Shown here: positions 1 to 11,964 of the stretch, in pieces
How positions within the stretch are numbered: position 1 is the first letter of the stretch
How the letters are laid out: the number at the start of each line of letters is the position of its first letter
DNA from: Lingula anatina
Taxonomy: Eukaryota > Animalia > Brachiopoda
DNA length: 64,000 nt
Assembly (NCBI GenBank): GCA_051362555.1
Contig: CM120642.1
Location: forward strand, 16,306,001 to 16,370,000
Direction of reading: 5' to 3'
Position numbers and translations under genes: made by a program
Notes under the pieces: model-generated
What the model saw: only the letters and a program-made list of their open reading frames with translations
What the model was told of the DNA's origin: nothing
Database searches by the model: none

Positions 1-35
1 AATAGCTGAAATTATCAATTTTTTTTTCAGAAAGA

Positions 36-3000
36 ATGGATATAGCAGCTCATAAGCTAAGGAAGGTGGAGCTATGTGCAACCCTTACCTTATTTTTACT
101 CGGAGTTATTTCAGACCACGTGGTAATTGTTGATGGAACTGGTGTCGCAGGCAGTTTTGGGGGAATCGATGTCGTGAACCAGTCAGAAGGGGCCATTCTT
201 CAGAAAGATAATAGCAATAGCGACACTCACGGCGCTTTTACGACATTGGTCTTTGACTGCATCCAGAAGCAGATGTTGGCACGTGGAGGAAGCACAGGGA
301 ATAGCCTGAAGACTTTAGCAGCCTGCTCGACAGAATACTGTAATGTTGGTCACGGAGACTCTGGCTGTGGGTCAGTGAAGTATTTCACGTCACCATGTGG
401 ACAACTGTCCAGTCTAAATACGGGTTTTCGCTGGAGGTACATGCCGAACCAACATTGTACCTGGGTAATCGAGGTTTCTCGAGGTTATATCGTGAATCTC
501 ACGTTTGAATATTTCAACCTAGTATTTTCTGAAAATTGCCGATACGACTCAGTGGAAGTCTATGACGGGAGGTCATCGGAGGGCACATTAATTGGGAAAT
601 TTTGTGGTAGCGTCTTTCCTTGGAGTTCTTACTCATCCACTAATTTTATGACAGTGGTTTTTAAAACTGACGAGGTAAATGAAGGCTTCCTTGGATTTCG
701 AGCATTTTATGAAGCTTTGCCTGCTTATATTTGGAAGCCTATTAAATTTACACCCAACGCCATTTATGTCGACAAAACAGGAAGGTTGGACCTTTCGTTG
801 GACACTGTTACAGCTGAGTCTCAGTCTCATTATCATCACCAATTTCATGTTAGAACAGATATTGGGAAGCTGTTCACAATGACCTGGGTATTCCGTGCAT
901 CCGACGGCAAGTCTAATAGCATTGTACATATTCATGACGGGCCCTCCACCTGGGCTAAGCGTTTGGCTGTTCTCCAATCCTCTACTGTTGATTTGTCAGG
1001 GAATATCACCGCTGGAACGTATCAGTTCTTTATAGTAATCAAGCAAAGTAAACTGGAGGCGGACCTCAAGTTTTCGGCAACTTTTTCCTCAGATTGGCTT
1101 CAGCCGTGCGGAATGTTAATTTCAGAAACTGTTCCCTGTATACCACAAGATGGGGTACTGGTTGGACTTGAAGGTGGGGAAATACTAACTGAAGAGAGAA
1201 GCGACTCTTTCTACAAGGTATATGTCTGGCATCCCGTAAATGGCAAGGCATTCTTGCACGGCTTGGGCATAATTCTAGATTATGATAAACTTAACGGTTT
1301 GCATGATGGTATGCCGGTCCTTGACATGCCGCAGGCGGGAGATTGCCAATACGGTGGGCTTATTCTCTTTGTTAACGGATGGGGAATAAATGCCACTTCT
1401 TCAGTTGGGCCATTTTGTGCGCCTCCGGTGGAATTGAATGTACCAATCCGTTCGCTTTACGTAATGTTATTTACTGTTGGAGGTCTTTTCGAAAGAATGC
1501 CACAAGGCATGGTTTCTTACAATGTAAAAATACATACCTATATCGGAATCAACCCTATGTGCGACGTGGTCTTCCATCCTCAGTATGAGGTAGACGATTC
1601 AGAATTTGATTATTCCCTATCAGTGAGTAACCTAACAGACAGAGTTTTCTCCCGGAATGAAACTGGTGGAAAGAAAGCGAAAGTGGACATATTCCTTCCC
1701 CAAAAATTAACATTAAAACATACATTTTATCAACAGTTTACATTTGCGTATGATCTCCTCACACAACCGCCATCACAGGTAACGGACGAATTTGACATAA
1801 CTATTTCGTCGGATGCAGACACACAGTACCCATTCACCGTGGTCGTTCGTTTTCGATGGGGGGTCTCAAAAGTGAAAGTCAGGTTAACTGCTTCTCGCCC
1901 CTCAAAAGATATTGATGTTCAAATCGTTCCCGTGTCTAGCTACGCTGATTACTTTGAGACAGGCTTGTTTACTCCTACGAACGGTTCCAACCAAACTTTG
2001 AACCTTCGACTTTCCTTGTCTGATTATCTGGCAAATGAACAATTTGGTTTTGAAATCATTGTCTTCTACCTACGTCAGCACTACGACTGTTGGAACTATG
2101 TCTCTGCATTTTTCTATCGAAGCCCTTTTTATACTCTCTTTAAATCTTGCGGACAAATGTATAGGGACGGGGACTGTGGCCCGGCAGACTATACCCTACA
2201 GAACCCGTACAATGAAGTAATACTTGGAACTCTCTTTAAAAGTGAACACGAGCAATTTCTGGCATACACAATAAAGATTTCTGCTGTGCCCAGTGGGTGT
2301 TCCGTGGGGAAACGGGTGGCGTTTCAAATAAAGGAGTATCATCCGTGTAACGCTAAAAGTGGCGAATGTTTGATATCTTACGTGTACGGGGAGATGGGAA
2401 AACCATTTCAATGGACAAGTATATCAAATTACCGTCTTGTGTTTACTACAGAAATACAAAGTGAAAATCTTCATGATATCGTTGGAATCTCCGCAGTGAC
2501 CTACGCGTTAGATCACGAGGACCGTTACTCCAGGAGAATGGCAGAAACTGGCAAGTGCACGGACGCTAAATTCGGTGGGATACAATACCGGGACACTTGC
2601 TACGACCTTTTTGTTCCCGACACCATGATGTCATGGGCTGATGCCCACACTCTGTGCACGAACAAAGGTGGTATGCTAGGGATGTTCCATGATGGTGACG
2701 ATCTTGACTATGTGAAGAATGTCATGGCGAGAACATGGTTTCATGAGCTATTCGTTAGAAAACGCTCGCTGGTTTTCATTGGACTCCGGAGTTCAAATGT
2801 AAGTAACTAAATTGATTTTAGTAGGTCAATGGTTATTTCAGGTGTATGGCCTAACGTTTCACTTAAGTTCAGCCTTTTTGACTAAAGAGGATTCGACTTT
2901 GTTCATACCTTGCATCAAATACATACAGATAAACGTTATTATGATGAAACGAAGTTAAATCAAGACTTGATCTAGGACTTAATAATGCAGCCTCGCAGAG

Positions 3001-6000
3001 TATGTTTTCTTTTCATAGCTTCTTTTTGTATTTACCTATAGTACCATGTCCATTTGTTCATAGGGTCACTCGACTAGCTGGCCAGATGGTACCAGCGGAG
3101 TGACGGACTGGTATGAGCCAGATATCTCCAAACCTCAGCTTGACGGAAAGCTCTCCAATCTACACCTAGATTCAATCAGGAGTACCTTCATCGACCCAAA
3201 TATCAAGCAGCCAATGTTTGACGAAGGTCGGCGGTGTACTCTGATGGCATTCACGTCTCCGCGCATCTCTTCAAATTGGATTCAAATCCCATGCTATCTA
3301 CCTATGAACCACAGTAGTGCTCTCTGCATGCGGTCCTTAAATGACAAAGCTGAAGGAGCCGGGGCGAAAAACACAGCTTCTTACCATTCCGGTTCTGTTA
3401 TTGGGGTAAAATTACAAAGTGATGGGGCCTCCCTTGCAGCCTTGTTGTCGCCAAATACATGTCCGCACACTTGGTGGCGTATCGGTGGCTTTTGCTACAA
3501 GCCGGTTGACATGACTTTGGCCATTACTGAAAGCAACGTTTACACCGGAGATGCTTTTTCGAGAGACGTTGACGCGCTGCAGCGGAAAAACGCGTACCTG
3601 TCAGTTGAGGGACTGGCGCGAGAACTGTGTCATGAATCAGGGTGGAGACTTGCTATTCTTACAAAGGAACGCGGAGAGCTCCTTCCAAAATATTTACTTG
3701 CTTACAGATTGCCTAAACAACGTGAAACTGTAATTGCGGACACCGATTTTGATTTTGAAAATTCGACCTGTGTCTACGGTTCTTCCATCGTGTATTTCTC
3801 AGAAATCGTGCACAGTTTGGACGTGAAATTGGGGCAACGGTAATTTTTCTTTCTCACTCTCTAAACAAACATCGTTGAGTTATGAATTAAATTAATGTAG
3901 TCTTACCTTGCATATAGCAAAGATGAGTTAGCTGGTCATTACAAAGTTTTCAAAGCACATGTACTGCCGGATGACAATTCTGAAGATGAAATCTGAGTAA
4001 CTATTTTCACACAATTATCAATATTCATCGATAAATCATATGCAAAGGGTTTCCCTTTTTCTTTTAATAAATGAATATTATAAATGTGCGTATTTTTCAT
4101 GATTGATGTGTACTTACTACTTTTTTGCCTTATTAGTTCCACCTTTGTATACATCTATTACCTATTCTAGGCAATTCCGAACCTGGGAAACCATGAACTG
4201 CACCGCTTCAATAGAAGTAGATGATGACAAATTTCTCAGGAGCATTAAATATGCTCTCTGTGAGAGGGATCCCGTTCTGGGACCTGTATTGAACTGCACA
4301 GAATCCGAATTCTTTTACCGATGTTCTGATGGCACGTGTATTTTGAAACATCACGTGTGCGACGGCGTCAGTGACTGTATCAACGGAGACGACGAATTGC
4401 GTTGTCGAGAGCAGAAAGTCATTAAGCAGGACGATATTTACAGTGAAGGAGGCGAATGCGGAATTCACGGGTTTTCCTGTAATAATAAACAATGTATTCC
4501 CACTTCTAAATTCTGTGACTTTTACCAGGACTGCACGGATGAATCGGATGAGGCTTACTGTCAACATCCTATTTGTGCCGAAACCGACTTCCGCTGCAAC
4601 AGCGGTCAGTGTTTGCCGCTAAATCGACGCTGTGATCGAGTAAAAGATTGTTTGGATGGATCTGATGAAGGGGGGTGTGAAGCTATTAATGTTGATTGCA
4701 CTGGTTTTGTCTGCCACTCTGGTAACTGCCTGGCTGACCGGTATATCCAAGATGGCGTCATTGACTGTCCTGGTAATGCTGGAGAGGACGAGAACACGAC
4801 ACTGGTGGCTTCCTCGTGCGGGGCGGACATGGTGTCCTGTGTGGACAACAGTGAAATATGTTTCCCCCCGTGGAACGCTTGTATCCAGGACGTACTAGGG
4901 GATGGCACTGTGGCATCATGCAGAAACGGTGATCATTTAAAAGGGTGTCAAGATATCTATTGCTCGCAGCAAAATCTTTTTAAATGTTCGCAATCATACT
5001 GTATCCATCTGCATAGCATCTGTGATGGGGTTATAAATTGCCCGGGTGCCGAAGACGAAGAAAACTGCACGGCGCATTCATTTTCGTGCCCAGGGGCGTT
5101 TCGCGGAAAGGGTGACCGTCACTGCGTTCACGTGGCAGAACTGTGTGACGGACAGAAACATTGTAAAAAGAGTATTGACGATGAACTTTTTTGCGGTCAC
5201 ACCCTTTGTCCACACAACTGTGACTGTCTTGGTGAATCAATGCAGTGCAATTATCAGGGGCTATCTGATATACCTTTGTATTCCTATAATCTGAGGGGGC
5301 TGCTTCTCTCCGGGAATCCTCTAGAACTAACCAATGAAACGTTCACCCGGTTTGTATATTTGGTGAAATTAGACATATCAAACTGTGAACAGGTGACGTT
5401 ACCCAAAAAAGTTTTCCATGGACTCTATAACATACGTGAATTAGATATATCACATAACAATCTCACAATCGTGGAAGGGTACTTATTTAAGAATTTGCAC
5501 TTTTTGGCCAAACTAAACATAGCTAATAACCCCCTAAGCGCTGTCCTGGACTTCGCATTTCTGGGATTGCGGGCTCTTCCATCCTTGTCATTGGCAGGCA
5601 TGAACATTGGTTTTATTGGCAAGAATGCCCTCGTGGGACTTTCGGCATTAAGAATATTAGACTTGAGTCATAACAATCTGGATACCCTTTATGATGAAAC
5701 TCTGGTCCCTCTAACATATTTGAAACAAATTAATCTAGAAGGCAACTCCCTTAACAATGTCAACGTAAGTGCTTTTGCCTCCTTACATGAAGACACTATT
5801 TTTATAGGCGGTCTGAGGAGAATATGTTGTTTAGCAAATCACGTTACGAAGTGTACCCCAAAACACATCGGTCAGACAACGTGTTCAGATTTGATTTCTG
5901 ATGTTTTCTTAAGGGTAATCATTTGGCTCCTTGGTCTTGTAATTGTCATAGAGAATTTTTCAGTGATTATTTGGGTTAACGTCAGAGAGTCGAAAATGAC

Positions 6001-6817
6001 AAGTATAGAGGTTTTCTTGATCGTTTTATTGGCGTTTGCTCAAATCCTCTCCGGTACCTATATGCTTATTATTGCTGGAGTAGACCTGCGATTTCGAGGA
6101 GAATTCTACCTTCATATTAACACGTGGCCAAGACACTGGATGTGTAAATTAGCAGCTTGTCTTTTAAAAATCTCTGTCGGTATCACAATGTATCTTTTAG
6201 GTATGATACTGGCAGAGGATATACGAATGCTGTTATTTCCTGATATAAAGTTCCCAAAGAGTAAATACATGGTTTTGTCAGTTGTTGTCATAGGCTTTTA
6301 CACTGTGTTAAGTGGAGTCACATCTATTCTGATCTTCAGTAACAATAGTTTCTGTACCATGTTTGTTCACAGTGATGGGCTCGCCATCAGCTTTATGGAT
6401 TGGCTTATGGTCTTATGCAACTTTTTACCCTTGGCTTTTATCGTATTTTTGTTTTTTGTATTATATAAATCGTGGGAGAAAATCAAAGACTGGGACATCG
6501 ATTCCGATGCGTATTCACGATGTGCCCATGGCTTTATCTGGATTGTTTGGACGGTTTTTCTTGATTGGTGTTCAATTCTGATTGCGAAGCTCTATGAAAG
6601 CGGCGTAGTGTCAGTCGTTGATTCTGAAGGCTATCTTCTCCTTGTGCTCATACCAATCAGTCTAACATTGAATCCCCTCGTTTACGTATATTGTAGGCCG
6701 GCTGAACTGAATTATCTCGTGAAGGAGAAAAGTGGTGAAAATGACGAAGTCGAGTCAGCGGCAACAACCAGGATGACAAGTGTACGAAGTGTGGTGTCTC
6801 GAAATTCGTACCATTAG
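36..6817 (+). CDS. GRL101-like (LDLa-LRR) GPCR with N-terminal CUB and C-type lectin domains; 3 coding exons, 2061 aa
   Basis: Exons 36-2798 (donor GTAAGT at 2799, phase 0), 3064-3839 (acceptor ttcatag, donor GTAATT, phase 2) and 4171-6817 (acceptor ttctag) join in frame: 6186 nt including stop. Hydrophobic N-terminus; CUB (CTWVIEV...YIVNLTF...CRYDSVEVYDG...GKFCG...GFRAFY, ~366-716); CTL1 (~2555-3327); CTL2 (~3460-4265); 7 LDLa (~4295-5195); LRRNT CPHNCDC plus LRRs; hinge RICC...CSDL; 7TM ending LNPLVY. An acceptor tttttttcag at 21-30 implies an upstream exon outside the window. Confidence 0.9.
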
Positions 6818-7404
6818 CGAGGTTTGAACCATCAGTAGCATATAGTATTGCATCCATTTAAGGCCAGTTGTCAGGCTTCGGATTTCATCCCATCAGGTGT
6901 CACGCTGCTTGGCTAGAGGTTCACTAGGTTATTGCGTGAACCGGCCTGATGCTTGACTGTCATAACTGTGGCATGAAGTAGGCGGTGGGGTAAAGAATTA
7001 ATACCCTAGATATCAGAAACGTGTAACATACATGTAATAACATAATATGTTTTAATTGAATACCATTTGCGTTTTGTATCTTCGATAACTGTCACACGAA
7101 ATGTTTGACTAGATAAAATCTTGACTTAATATAGTTTAGATTTATAACCGTTTTTTGTTGGAGAGGGACCTCACTGCACTTTCGATAGCATTAAAATTTA
7201 ATCAAAAATGGTAAATTGAATTTAAATGACAAAGCAGCAAACCTGTCAATATACAGACAAAATGCATAAGATAATGATGATGCACAAAATAGGTTATTTT
7301 GTCCATTTTGGTGCAATATTACATAATGCTTAGCAGCAAAATCGACACCAATTTTTAATTATGCACAACAGGTTAAACAGATATTAGCACTAGCTAGAGG
7401 AACA

Positions 7405-7490
7405 GAACGGCAATACCACTGCCAGGTATTGTACCGCCAGACAGATTTTAAGCTTATTCAAGTTGAATGTCAGCTATGGATGCAACTTTT
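7405..7490 (+). repeat. Interspersed repeat fragment (second copy at ~50119-50205)
   Basis: CGGCAATACCACTGCCAGGTATTGTACC...GCTATGGATG versus CGGCAATACCGCCACCAGGTACTGTACC...GCTACGGATG. Confidence 0.6.
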
Positions 7491-7530
7491 TTGGATAAAA
7501 ATAGAAGTTGTCTATCACACCTAACTTTAA

Positions 7531-7863
7531 AGGGATAACAACTGTTCATTTCTGCCAAAAAAGGATTTTCCTAGGATAAAGGACAATTTTTCCATTCTTA
7601 CCAATGGTTAATGAATCCATTCCCACATTCAAAGTTAGTCCCTGTTTTTTCCTAAAAAGTTTAGTTTTGTTATTTTCTCTTAAGAGATTATTATACAGTG
7701 TAGCCATTTATGGAGGTCTTATGATGTGATGGCAAGCACAAATTGCAGACTAATTGCGTTAACTGCCGTTTTGGTGGTAAAATAGAATTTATTATATTTT
7801 CACGAGTTGTTTCCAATGTATTTATTTTGAAATATTGATTACTTACGAACAGTTGTTATCCTT
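7531..7863. mobile_element. Kolobok-like MITE (TTAA TSD), copy 1
   Basis: TTAA|AGGGATAACAACTGTTC ... GAACAGTTGTTATCCTT|TTAA; homologous to 32526-32862 along its length. Confidence 0.8.
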
Positions 7864-9790
7864 TTAAGTCAGTTTTGCTTAAAATATTAGAAGACTATTA
7901 TCAGGCAGATCTATTATTTGTGTAACAGAAAAATGGATGTGTGAGTATATTACTTTTTATTTTGTTGTATTTTATGTATTTTGCATTTCAAAAAAAAAAA
8001 AAAAAATTGTTGTTGCTCTCTACAGCAAAGGTACGATCTTCTCTACAAAACATTATTTCAGTAAATAAAAGAAGACAGTATACACACACGACAAGAGGGC
8101 TATTACTTCACACAAAGAGAAACCACAAAACATTCTATTGCTTTACAAAATATATATTTACTATATCAGAGAAAATTTCATTACAACAATCAATACAAAA
8201 CTTGCTTGTGTGTTTGTATCATTAACACCAGGTATTAGGAACCTGAACCATAATTTTCTAAACCATATGAACGACACAGATGAACATAACAGTTAAATGA
8301 CTTCAAATCCTAACTCTGGTCACAGTTACAAGATATCTGTTAAACGTTTTTAATTATCAGACCCAAAACTTCTTATTACACAGATCCTTGTATTTTTCAA
8401 ATGTTTTAATTAATTTAAAGATCATTCTAGATGAATGAATCCCAACTGGCAATGAATATCGCCTAAATGCTCTCTGTTCAGGGACGAGACTGCCATTTAG
8501 TGAAAAAGTCAGAAAATACGGTGTGGGGTCCAGATCAGTCGCCCACCCCCACCCCAGTTTCAATTGCAGATCTACATTGAACTCAAAAACGATATCTTTG
8601 GCTCCCAAAAAGTCGAAAATCCAAGGATAGTTGGAAAAATCACATCCCTGACTCTACAGTTATATTTTCTGAATCACCTTGCTTTTATTATCATAACACG
8701 CAACTACAGCATCATGACATAATGACATCATGTGACATAACGGCATCCAGTATAAATCACTACAGCCGACTCCTCATCACAGAAGTAAGATATTCGTATA
8801 TTCATTTATCTATATACACACCAACACCACTCAATATATATATATTTACACATTAATGATACTGGTTTTACTATACAACAATCAAAGAACAAAGTCCTTT
8901 ATCAGATAAATGCATTAACATCCTTGGCCTAAATATCAAACTGCGTTGGTTAAAAATGAACCGCCAGTGCCAAATTAACTGATAAATGTCAAGACAGAAC
9001 CAATTTTTTATGCCAACGCCATTTGTTATCTACAATTTCCAGAGTATAGATGATGTAGCAACTTTGATCTTCACTAATGTATGAAATAAATGTGCTTGAC
9101 AATTTGATATATAAAAGTAAACTTTGACCCATCTCTAAAGCAAGATCAAGTCTGTTGTCTATAAAGATTTTTAAGTAATATGTCTTAATTCTCGTCTTGT
9201 CAATCACATGAAAGCAATCTTTCCAAAAATTATTCAACAATTGTTCAAAATATGTCCTCTTTTGTGAATGATAAAAATTTGTCTTCGAAAAAAAATCTGA
9301 GAAACATTTCCACTGCAATTTTTTAAATTCACTTCATTATTACAGCTATCAGATTAATCCCACAACCAAGCCACATTTTCTACTTTCTATCATATGTTAC
9401 AGAGGCACATTGTCTCAGACTCAGGTTGACAATACAACACAGCCTATAAACACTGTAATTGTTGAAAAATAACTTCAACTTTCTACATATTAAGAGTTAT
9501 TAAATTCTCTCAGTTACTCAAAAGACTACCAGAAAATAAAAGAGAAGAAATGTCTTAGGTTAGTCCTGTTTTTTTAATTTTTGTTAAGTTATGTAGGTGT
9601 TATCTCACCTTTGAATGAAAAGAATTTTAAAAATGTAAGTTATTTGTCAGTTAGTGCAGTGTTGTCATATCTAAAATGCTACATGAACATCCCTCAAATC
9701 CAAAACAAACAAAATTTACCTATGACTTGCCCATCCCAACAAATACATGTGCAGACACAATAACCAAACTGAAAATATTAAAAGGTAAAA

Positions 9791-9886
9791 ATGAAAGAGG
9801 ATGCTGTATAAAGCACTCAACCAATAGCAGGCCCTGACATGAAAGAGGATGCTGAATAAAACAATCAGCCAATAGCAGACCCTGAC
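9791..9886. repeat. 48-bp tandem duplication in the presumed PAR-bZIP 3' UTR
   Basis: atgaaagaggatgctg...ccaatagcag.ccctgac occurs twice in tandem. Confidence 0.75.
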
Positions 9887-10424
9887 AGTCTGGGATATTT
9901 TCAGATATTAAGCCAGATACTTCAGACTCTCCTTTAAGAATACCCCAGGAATCAAGTGTATAGATGCCAGATTTTTTTTACCTTAAGGCAGACTGGTTTT
10001 TGATGTTTACTTAAAATAACAAGTGTAGATTTGTTTATCCTTATCCATTTATCATAGTCTAACAAATTAGTCTTACAAGTTTCAACATCGGGGGATACCT
10101 TTTGCTGAAGATCTAAATATCCCTGTCTAACAGGTTAGACTATAAAGTTACCACATCTGAGAGTACCCGCAGTTGAGAATCTAAATTGTATACACTTATG
10201 AGGATCTCTCATTCAAGACACAGCTTTTTCACCTGATGAAATAATTTTACATCAATGCACTGGATGTGGGCCTTTTTTCCTCATTTCATCTGTCGTGGCA
10301 AGATGTGCGGAAAAAGTATGAGGCTTTGTGCGTTTGATACCAAGTTACTTGTGTTCCAGAGACAATGGTGCTGCACCAAGGGGGGGCAATCACAACAAAT
10401 GTGACACAATCTTCTCCTTCAACC

Positions 10425-11918
10425 TTAAGCCTTTCCTTCATAAATTGCCAACTTCTTCTTCAGCTGCACATTTTCTGCCAGAACTTTCTCCATTTGCTTC
10501 TTAACCTCCGCATTTTCTCTCTCCAAATAAGATGCCCGCATGGCTATTTGATTTTCCTTTATTCGCCTGGCGTCCCTTGACCGCTTGGCTGCCACGTTGT
10601 TCTTCCTGCGCCTGTGCCAGTAACGTTCATCTTTCAAGTCTTCTGGGACAAAAATCTGAATAAAAATTGAATATTTAACAATAAAAACATAAAGCAGGCC
10701 TGATCATTCCTATTAGGAACCTGATTTTCGTGTGTTTTGTAAAAATGAAAAAAGTTATTGTCAAAATTATGCATCCTAAAAATAATGGAAGTTTTACTAG
10801 ATTCAATAATTTTGAAAAAAGTTTTATACGCATCATTCCTTGACAGGGGTTTTATACAATCTTGCCTCTACTGATAGACAGTCTAGTTCAAGACTGCCCT
10901 AGGTTAATACTCTGGACCAAAAAAAAAGTTCGTAAACATTGGCATTTTGAATAATTATGAAATAACCACATGAGCTTTGGTAAACATTTTAACCAAATAT
11001 TGATGGGTAATGCACACACCATTTGTTACTTTATTATATCAGTATACACTAAAGATATCCCCACTTCATTACATAGTTTTTTAAATTACTGAAGAAAAAA
11101 TTTGTTTCTGAACTTTTTTGGTTCAGTGTACGGTAAAGTCTTGAAAATTTCGTCGCTTAAAAATTAATTAATATTTTTAATTGTGTAAATCCGACTAATT
11201 TTTCAAAATTACCTCTCCCCGACTCCTGGGTATGACGAAATTTTCAAAAATCCGGCCTTTGGGCTTTTATCCTTAGCGACTGTTATCTTTGACGCTCCTG
11301 TATTGTGGGATATTTATTACCACTTCCTAAGTCATTTTCTGGTGGTAAATAATAATCTATTTATTAGTGCATCTCGATTAAGTTATACTTAACTTACTGT
11401 AGGCTACCCGAAAACATGTTGAGAATTATCTTCTCGGTAAGAAACATACCTCCTGGTAGAGGAGAAGGATCAAAATAAGCCTAATTGCAACCTTGCATCA
11501 TAACCTGGACGCGACATGTTAAAAAAAATTACGCACTTGGGAAGGTTTGTTGCATGCAGGGCTTTTCCCAGGATTGAGTGTCAGGCCTTCTAAAATTACC
11601 ATCTGTAACTTCCTAAAAATTTACAGGGAGTTAAAATAATGATCTCCCGTTGACGATTTTCCGCAATTTAAGTTCCTTGAACTAATATGAAAACTGATTT
11701 TTATTATTGCTTACATCGCGAACAATCTCCCGATGAAGATGTGAAAATTGCCTTTTCGTCTAGCAAGGATCGCGAACGATCTCCCTCTGATATGATCTTA
11801 CGCGAACAAAGTCCTGAGAATATTACGCGAACGATTCTCTGCCCAAGATATACCGTGAGCGGGGCAGGGGGCGGATTAAAGATAAAATGAAAATTAATAT
11901 TTTTAAAAAATCCAAAGT

Positions 11919-11964
<46 letters not shown>

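Noticed and set aside
4103-4170. ORF-track N-terminus of the 904-aa ORF resembling a signal peptide (MMCTYYFFALLVPP)
   Set aside because: It starts at a non-ATG codon and lies in the pyrimidine-rich end of intron 2; the acceptor at 4169-4170 joins the upstream exon in frame and completes CTL2.
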